Shown here in pieces: positions 58,350 through 64,000 of a stretch of DNA of 64,000 nt. Made by a program: the position numbers and the translations under genes. The notes below the pieces were generated by a model. The model searched no databases. It saw only the letters and a program-made list of their open reading frames with translations, and was not told the DNA's origin. Every line of letters starts with the position of its first letter. The stretch's first letter is position 1. Source of the DNA: Candidatus Sungiibacteriota bacterium (GTDB taxonomy: Bacteria > Patescibacteriota > Minisyncoccia > Sungbacterales > HO2-52-23); the NCBI GenBank assembly GCA_016432465.1, contig CP066690.1, positions 186,702-250,701 of the forward strand, in the 5' to 3' direction.

Positions 58350-58552
58350 CCGAGTTTTGGATTTATCCCGTTAGAGATGCAGGTCATATCCTTAATGCGA
58401 GCTTAGCGTGAAAAGCTATTTACCACTTGGTAATTTTCGGATTTGCACTTAATTCTCTAACGGGATTTATGCAGTACTGAAACGATTGATACACACACTC
58501 CGCCATTCTTACTGATGTCGCAAAAAACACTGCATTCCGCGTCTCTAACGGG
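58350..58552. mobile_element. Two fused CCCGTTAGAGA-arm cassettes sharing one arm
   Basis: CCGAGTTTTGG-ATTTAT-core 58367-58464 (98 bp)-ATTTAT, then the reverse complement of type-A cargo ending TCTCTAACGGG at 58552. Confidence 0.85.
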
Positions 58553-58579
58553 ACAATAAAAAAGACCCCCCAAAGGAGG

Positions 58580-58852
58580 TCATTGACAATTGATGATTAT
58601 TACAGGTATGGGGGGCGGGTTTTTCGCTATTTCTTCCCGTATCTCTCTACAAAGTTGTTTCCTTTCCTCTGGAGTCATTTGTTTCATCAAGTCATTCAGT
58701 TGGTTCATCATAATATGCAATGTCGCCAACCTATTCGCCAAGTCTTCAACAAATGCCTCATAATTTTTATCTTGATCCGCAAAAGGATATACATATGCAG
58801 GACCCAGAAGAATTGTCGACAAAAGTAGTATGGCTAATAGTTTTCTGAACAT
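58580..58852 (-). CDS. Small secreted hypothetical protein
   Basis: GGAGG upstream, signal peptide, helical. Confidence 0.55.
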   Translation of the reverse strand: MFRKLLAILLLSTILLGPAYVYPFADQDKNYEAFVEDLANRLATLHIMMNQLNDLMKQMTPEERKQLCREIREEIAKNPPPIPVIIINCQ

Positions 58853-59042
58853 TTTTCCTGCCTCCGTAGGAACACGCGTTAATTATTGCATATCCATGAA
58901 TTTATGTCAAGCGGTTCCGCACATTGACCGCCTATAAATAGAAACACCGCATCTATGCAGTGTTTCTCACTTTCTATATTCATTCTGTTTTCTTTCTAAT
59001 AATAATGTAGCTTTTCGTTTCCGTTTATATACTTTAATGAAA

Positions 59043-59093
59043 GGGAAGTCAGACTTCCCCTCGTCTTCACTCGGTGAACCGAGTTTGACTCGG
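59043..59093. repeat. REP-like palindromes at the tRNA-Gly 3' end
   Basis: GGGAAGTCAGACTTCCC and CCGAGTTTGACTCGG. Confidence 0.7.
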
Positions 59094-59164
59094 AGCGGGA
59101 TACCAGAATCGAACTGGCGCCCTTTCCTTGGGAAGGAAATGTACTACCACTATACCAATCCCGC
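59094..59164 (-). tRNA. tRNA-Gly(CCC)
   Basis: GCGGGAT/ATCCCGC, TTTCC-TTCCCAA-GGAAA, CCAGTTCGATTCTGG. Confidence 0.93.
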
Positions 59165-59764
59165 ATTTTTGTTGTTTTTGATAAACCGTATGACAGCGTA
59201 AAAAATTATTATAAGACCAATAATTGCAAAAACCGCATGCTTTATCTCGCGAACTTCGGTAATCAAATCAAGGCCCGAGCCCAAGAAGTAACTCACGGAA
59301 ACAACTGCGCCCACCCATACAATTGAAATCAGTACGTCATAAAACAAAAACTTGGCGAGATTCATGCGAAAGTGTCCGGCCATCATGGGAACTATCATCC
59401 GGATAGAAAGCAGGGGCCGGCTGAAAAGCACCACCCGTTCTCCGTAGCGATCAAAATAGTGTTTTGCTTTTCCCAGAAGATGCGCCGCAAAGGGGACACG
59501 ATTTATAATATTTTGCGAGAGCCAGTCGCCAAAATACCGGCCCAAAAAATACCCCACTATATCGCCCGCTATAACTCCCAAAAACATAACCACCAGCACG
59601 GCCCAAAAATTTACAAAACCAAGATAGGCAAGATATCCGGCAATAAGCAAGGCCACCTCCTCCGGAACCGGCAAAAAAACAGATGATAAAACCGGCAGCA
59701 AAAAAAGCACCACATAAAGCGCGGAGATGGACTCCAAAGGCAAAAATGCAAGCGCAAAATTCAT
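59150..59764 (-). CDS. DedA family protein
   Basis: PVPEE..L..AG, GD.VGY.LGR, F.RYG..V.FSR. Confidence 0.88.
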   Translation of the reverse strand: MNFALAFLPLESISALYVVLFLLPVLSSVFLPVPEEVALLIAGYLAYLGFVNFWAVLVVMFLGVIAGDIVGYFLGRYFGDWLSQNIINRVPFAAHLLGKAKHYFDRYGERVVLFSRPLLSIRMIVPMMAGHFRMNLAKFLFYDVLISIVWVGAVVSVSYFLGSGLDLITEVREIKHAVFAIIGLIIIFYAVIRFIKNNKNAGLV

Positions 59765-61212
59765 AAAAGTTTTTTCAGAACTTCCTGAACTATTTTAGGA
59801 TTTGCTTTTCCGCGCGATTCCCGCATTACCTGTCCTACCAGAAACTGAAGCGAGGCCCCTGTTCCTTTTTTATAATCTTCCACTGCTTGGGGATTTTCTT
59901 CAAGAATATGACGCGCGATATCTTCAAGATCGGATACGGCCGAGAGCTGCCAAAGGCCTAATTTTTCAATAATATCCGAGGGATCTTCACCCGAACTAAA
60001 CATCTCTTCCAAAACTTGCTTAGCCGCAAGATTGGAAATTTTATCTTCGGCAACATAACTAACAAGTTCAGCAAAATTTTCCGGACTTATTCTTGTATCA
60101 AAAACCGAGGCCGCGCTCTTCCGCAATATCCGCAAAAAATCGCCGGTTAGAAAAGCGGCCGCCAGCTTCTCCAAATTTTTCCTTGGTTTCTCCGGGGTTT
60201 CAACGTCGTGCTGCCGCAATTCGCTAATCACCTCTTCAAGGTAGTCGGCAAACGCCTTGTCGCGCGTCAAAATCTCTATCATGTCTCTCTCCAAACCATA
60301 TTCTTTGGCAAAACGCTCTCGCCTAGCCGCGGGAAGTTCAGGAAGCAATAAGCGCAGCTTTTCTATTTCCCCTGATGATATTTTAAGAGGCGGGAGGTCC
60401 GGCTCCGGGAAATAGCGATAATCGTGCGCTTCTTCTTTGGAGCGCTGGGGAAAAGTCTCATGCTTATTTTCATTCCACCCCCGAGTTTCCTGTTTTATTT
60501 TTTCTCCTTTTTCCAAAAATTCGGTCTGCCGTTCTATTTCATAATCAACCGCATCGGCCGCAAATTTAAAAGAGTTTATATTTTTAATTTCAACTTTGAT
60601 CCCGAGTTCGGCATCTTGCTGATGCATGGAGATATTTACCTCAACCCGCATCTGCCCTTTTTCCATATCTGCGTCCGATACGCCAAGATAGCGCAAAATT
60701 CTTTGCAGTTCCTCGCCAAATTTCCTGACCTCCTCACCCGAACGAAAATCGGGCTCTGTGACCAACTCCATAAGCGGCACCCCAGCGCGATTAAAATCAA
60801 CAAGCGACGAGCCGGTTTTTGTGTCATGGATTAAACGGCCCGTGTCTTCTTCAAGATGTACGCGACGAATCCGAAACTTTTTTCCATCAATTTCAAGATG
60901 CCCCCCGGTCACCAACGGATATTGGTATTGGCTGATTTGATAGCCCTTGGGTAAATCCGGATAAAAGTAATTTTTACGGTCAAACTGGGAAAACTCCGGA
61001 GTATCTCCGCCCAAAGCCAAGCCAACCGTACGTACTTTCTTTACCGCCTCCTCGTTTATCACCGGCAGAGTCCCCGGATGCCCCATACAAATCGGGCATA
61101 TATTTATATTGGGGTGTTTCTCGTTCGGGTCATTCAGCGAATAACAAAACATCTTGGTTTTGGTCTTCAACTCCGCATGGATTTCCAGACCGATTACCGC
61201 TTCATATTTCAT
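59761..61212 (-). CDS. gatB: Asp/Glu-tRNA amidotransferase subunit B
   Basis: VIGLEIH, DRKNYFYPDLPKGYQISQ, LEEDTG, DYRYFPEPDL. Confidence 0.97.
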   Translation of the reverse strand: MKYEAVIGLEIHAELKTKTKMFCYSLNDPNEKHPNINICPICMGHPGTLPVINEEAVKKVRTVGLALGGDTPEFSQFDRKNYFYPDLPKGYQISQYQYPLVTGGHLEIDGKKFRIRRVHLEEDTGRLIHDTKTGSSLVDFNRAGVPLMELVTEPDFRSGEEVRKFGEELQRILRYLGVSDADMEKGQMRVEVNISMHQQDAELGIKVEIKNINSFKFAADAVDYEIERQTEFLEKGEKIKQETRGWNENKHETFPQRSKEEAHDYRYFPEPDLPPLKISSGEIEKLRLLLPELPAARRERFAKEYGLERDMIEILTRDKAFADYLEEVISELRQHDVETPEKPRKNLEKLAAAFLTGDFLRILRKSAASVFDTRISPENFAELVSYVAEDKISNLAAKQVLEEMFSSGEDPSDIIEKLGLWQLSAVSDLEDIARHILEENPQAVEDYKKGTGASLQFLVGQVMRESRGKANPKIVQEVLKKLL

Positions 61213-61272
61213 ATACTTAAAGTTATCACACACTTGCGGTTTGAAAAAGACCGCTGAGCGGTCTTTAAAATT

Positions 61273-62592
61273 CTAATGCTTACCCAGTTCTTCACGCAGA
61301 TATTCCAAGGCCTTCTCAAAAACAAGGTCTGGTTTCTTGACTCCCTTAACCGCCGCCCCGCTGGCTGTCTCTTCCCGCACCACTTCTACGTCTGGCCCAA
61401 TTCCTACTCCTTCTGGTGTTTCGCCGTCTTCAAAATAATAATGCGCAATAGTAAAATGTAGAGCTCCACCATCTGATAAGGACTGAACTGTCTGTACACT
61501 TCCCTTACCATAAGTTTCTGTGCCAAAAACCATGGCGCCCCAACGCTGAAGTACGCCGGCCACAATTTCAGAGGCCGATGCGGATCGCTCATCAACCAAA
61601 ATCGCAATTTTCCAATCAGCATATTTTCCATATCCATCTGCACCGTATCTGAAAATTACTTTATCATCGCGATCTCGTCCTTCCAACAGGAAACTGAAAG
61701 ATAAAGGAGAGAAAAGTTCTAAAAACTGAAACGTTACTCCTAGATTGCCGCCCGGATTACGGCGGAGATCAACGATAATGGCCCCAATGTTGCGGCGCGC
61801 AAATTCCTCAAGAACCGGCACAACCTCTTTAGTTACTAGCGGCACGCTTTGAAAAGAAGTAATTTTAATATAGCCTATACCAGATTCTACTTCACGCGAC
61901 TCAACTTCTTTTGTCACCACTTCTCCTCGTACTATAACAACGGGCGGCAGTTTTTTATTGCCCCGGATCACCTGCAGCGTCACTGGCGTATCTTTTTTGC
62001 CGCGAATAAGGTTAACTATTTCCTGAGTGGATTTGCCCGAAAGCGGCTCTAGAGCATTGATGTTCTCCCCCACTGCCACAATTATGTCGCCCTCTTCCAA
62101 GACGCCGCTTTTCTCCGCCGGACCCCCAGGAATTATGTCGTTCACAAAAACACCACTTCCGTCTTGGGTCAAAGAAAACTGAATTCCTATTCCGTAAAAA
62201 GGATCTCCGCGCATTTGTCTTATGCTTTCTTTATACTCGCTGGGGGTTTCATAACGCGCGTGTCGGTCAAACTTAAAACAGCTCTCAACCACAAAGTTCT
62301 CTTTTAGTCCCGTACCCTTTGGAATTTCATAACGTTCAAAGGCCTTCTTTAACACACATTCGCGGAACTCCTTTAAATCCTCCGCACTCGGTTTATAAAA
62401 TGATTGCGTTCTAATCAGGTCAGTAATTTCTCCCAGAAGTCCTCCCCCGATTTTTTCAGGTGCCTCTTGAGCAAAAGTGCTGCGATATCTGGGGGAGAGA
62501 GATAACCCAGAAACTAAAGTCGCATAAAGGAGAAAAATTACGCCAACCAGCAAAACTTTCATTACCAAATGTCTAGGCTTGCTTATTAACAT
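61273..62592 (-). CDS. ctpA: S41 carboxy-terminal processing protease
   Basis: GIG PDZ, DLRRNPGG, SASASEIVAG, TYGKGSVQ. Confidence 0.93.
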   Translation of the reverse strand: MLISKPRHLVMKVLLVGVIFLLYATLVSGLSLSPRYRSTFAQEAPEKIGGGLLGEITDLIRTQSFYKPSAEDLKEFRECVLKKAFERYEIPKGTGLKENFVVESCFKFDRHARYETPSEYKESIRQMRGDPFYGIGIQFSLTQDGSGVFVNDIIPGGPAEKSGVLEEGDIIVAVGENINALEPLSGKSTQEIVNLIRGKKDTPVTLQVIRGNKKLPPVVIVRGEVVTKEVESREVESGIGYIKITSFQSVPLVTKEVVPVLEEFARRNIGAIIVDLRRNPGGNLGVTFQFLELFSPLSFSFLLEGRDRDDKVIFRYGADGYGKYADWKIAILVDERSASASEIVAGVLQRWGAMVFGTETYGKGSVQTVQSLSDGGALHFTIAHYYFEDGETPEGVGIGPDVEVVREETASGAAVKGVKKPDLVFEKALEYLREELGKH

Positions 62593-62721
62593 CGGGGCAC
62601 CTTTCGCGTTTCAAACATCCGTTTCTACCTTATTATTTTCAGTCCCATTATGTCAACTGTTTACGGGGGTCTTCAATCTGTGGTATAAATTTCTTGTGTC
62701 TTACTTGCCCGGAAGCGACCA

Positions 62722-62973
62722 GTGCCACGGGAAGAGATCAAAGCAATCGTAGCCATGGTTGCCGACGACTTAGCCAGAGTCACTAAAAACTTCACGCAAT
62801 CAGGAACCATAACTCTTTCGTTTTCCCAAAGACAGACGCTTCAAATAAACAGGGAAGGGTTTTGGGCCATACTGCGAAGTGAAATCCGCCAACGAAACTC
62901 TCGTTTACATAAGACACTCCAACTACGTTATCGCTGCGGAAAAATATTATTTTTGGGCAGTAAAGACACATGA
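62722..62973 (+). CDS. Small hypothetical protein
   Basis: ORF followed by a hairpin (62974-62995). Confidence 0.35.
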   Translation: MPREEIKAIVAMVADDLARVTKNFTQSGTITLSFSQRQTLQINREGFWAILRSEIRQRNSRLHKTLQLRYRCGKILFLGSKDT

Positions 62974-63001
62974 GCCGCCGTCTTCGGCGGTTTTTAGATA
63001 C

Positions 63002-63158
63002 ATGAAGCTTCACGGGCAAGCCCGTGGTATCCACGATGTCACGGTCAAGCCTGCGAGCTTGCCCGTGAAGCGAAATCCCGCACCGAAGACCACCATTCAT
63101 CCACGGGAAGTCAGACTTCCCACGGGTAAGTCCGTGGTCTTCTGGTGCGTGGATAAAA
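63002..63158 (+). mobile_element. IS200/IS605-end-like non-autonomous palindromic element with nested REP
   Basis: CACGGGCAAGCCCGTG hairpin; CATTCATCCACGG..CCGTGGTCTTCTGG..GGATAAA layout as at 39165; GGGAAGTCAGACTTCCC at 63105. Confidence 0.7.
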
Positions 63159-63231
63159 ATCTTAGAAGCGCTTTTTGTTAAGATCAGGGTTGGGTTGAAA
63201 TTTCTGCTCAAATAAGTAAAATTAGCCTGTA

Positions 63232-63306
63232 GGCCTCATCGTCTAGCTTGGTTTAGGACACGGGCTTTTCAAGCCCGGTACCCGGGTTCAAATCCCGGTG
63301 AGGCCG
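63232..63306 (+). tRNA. tRNA-Glu(TTC)
   Basis: GGCCTCA/TGAGGCC, CGGGC-TTTTCAA-GCCCG, CCGGGTTCAAATCCCGG. Confidence 0.95.
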
Positions 63307-63307
63307 T

Positions 63308-63616
63308 ATGAAAAAGGAAATTCCATCGGGTGAGAAATTGTATGAAAAGTATATAGAACACCAAAAATGGGCGCGCCAACGGGCCGCCGAATTGGACGTG
63401 AATTTAGACGACACAAACGCACCGCAACATTTTGTAGTTATCATCAGAGATGCGCAGGGAAAAGAAATTCAAAAAGTATTCTTGCCGCTCCGGGAAAATA
63501 TTACTATAGAAAAAGAACCGGCTCCTGTGCCGCTAGAAAAAGTAGTTGAGGCTATCAAAAAATATCCTAATCTTCCACTAAAAGAAGCGGTGCAAAAAAT
63601 CAAGGCGGACAAATAG
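63308..63616 (+). CDS. Hypothetical protein
   Basis: 102 aa ORF starting 1 nt after the tRNA. Confidence 0.5.
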   Translation: MKKEIPSGEKLYEKYIEHQKWARQRAAELDVNLDDTNAPQHFVVIIRDAQGKEIQKVFLPLRENITIEKEPAPVPLEKVVEAIKKYPNLPLKEAVQKIKADK

Positions 63617-63635
63617 CTGAAGGTGGGGGGATTTT

Positions 63636-63655
63636 GGGCGCATAGCTCAATGGCA
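63636..63655 (+). pseudogene. tRNA 5' fragment
   Basis: GGGCGCA-TAGCTCAATGGCA only, preceded by half-element GAAGGTGGGGGGATT. Confidence 0.45.
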
Positions 63656-63774
63656 TAATTTTTTCCTTGACATAGATATAATAATGTATTAAAATGTAAA
63701 CATGCTGTGCAGGGGGTAACTTCATGAAGCTCATTTTTTGCTTGGTCTGTTCCGATACGGAAGGGTAATGGCAA

Positions 63775-64000
63775 ATGAAAATTCTCCGGATCTGCTGGGG
63801 GTTGATGTTAACATTGATAGGAATTTTGGGATGGGTAGCCCCGGGACTTCCCGGATGGCCTTTTGTCATCATGGGTCTTTCCACGCTTTCGCGCGAAGTG
63901 CCGCTAGTGCGCCGACTCATGCGAAGAAGTATTGTCTTTTTTGGACGCAATTTCCCCGGGCTTTACAAATTCGGCCAGAACGCAAAATCCAAAATAATAA
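63775..64000 (+). CDS. Membrane protein (PGPGW/DUF454-like), partial
   Basis: Manual: MKILRICWGLMLTLIGILGWVAPGLPGWPFVIMGLSTLSREVP... Confidence 0.6.
   Translation, partial: MKILRICWGLMLTLIGILGWVAPGLPGWPFVIMGLSTLSREVPLVRRLMRRSIVFFGRNFPGLYKFGQNAKSKII

Noticed and set aside
3956-58552. CRISPR array interpretation of arm-cargo-arm units
   Set aside because: Repeats are inverted and dispersed rather than tandem direct repeats, and there are no cas genes
56852-58552. Classical integron attC array
   Set aside because: GTTAGA/TCTAAC resemble R boxes, but their order is reversed relative to attC, no L boxes are evident and no integrase is in the window

Overview
Chromosomal window from a code-11 bacterium whose gene content suggests Patescibacteria/CPR (Parcubacteria-like): peptidoglycan-binding surface proteins rich in ATST/ASST, short intergenic spacers, tRNAs without encoded CCA. 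This taxonomy is inferred, not verified. It holds surface and S-layer-like genes, galU, a REP-flanked RAYT-type HUH transposase next to a large phospholipase-C-like protein, and housekeeping genes (nth, clpB, pgk, htrA, ftsH, ftsEX, frameshifted prfB, gatB, ctpA). It also holds an Rrf2-IscS-IscU/SOD/AhpC redox cluster, cell-wall enzymes, an orphan PafA-like ligase, a hicBA-methyltransferase module and four intact tRNAs. The most striking signal is a dispersed family of tiny inverted-repeat-bounded cassettes. Their 11-bp arms (CCCGTTAGAGA...TCTCTAACGGG and variants) are often flanked by a directly repeated hexamer such as ATAAAT, and most cores are 98-103 bp with largely unrelated cargo. They nest inside each other, sit in frame in iscS, and duplicate the rrf2 start codon. 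In two cases an inverted-repeat cassette carries an intact tRNA into a broken tRNA gene: tRNA-Thr inside a Thr-like tRNA, and tRNA-Gln(CTG) replacing the 3' end of another tRNA-Gln(CTG). All calls come from reading the sequence by eye; no database searches were run.
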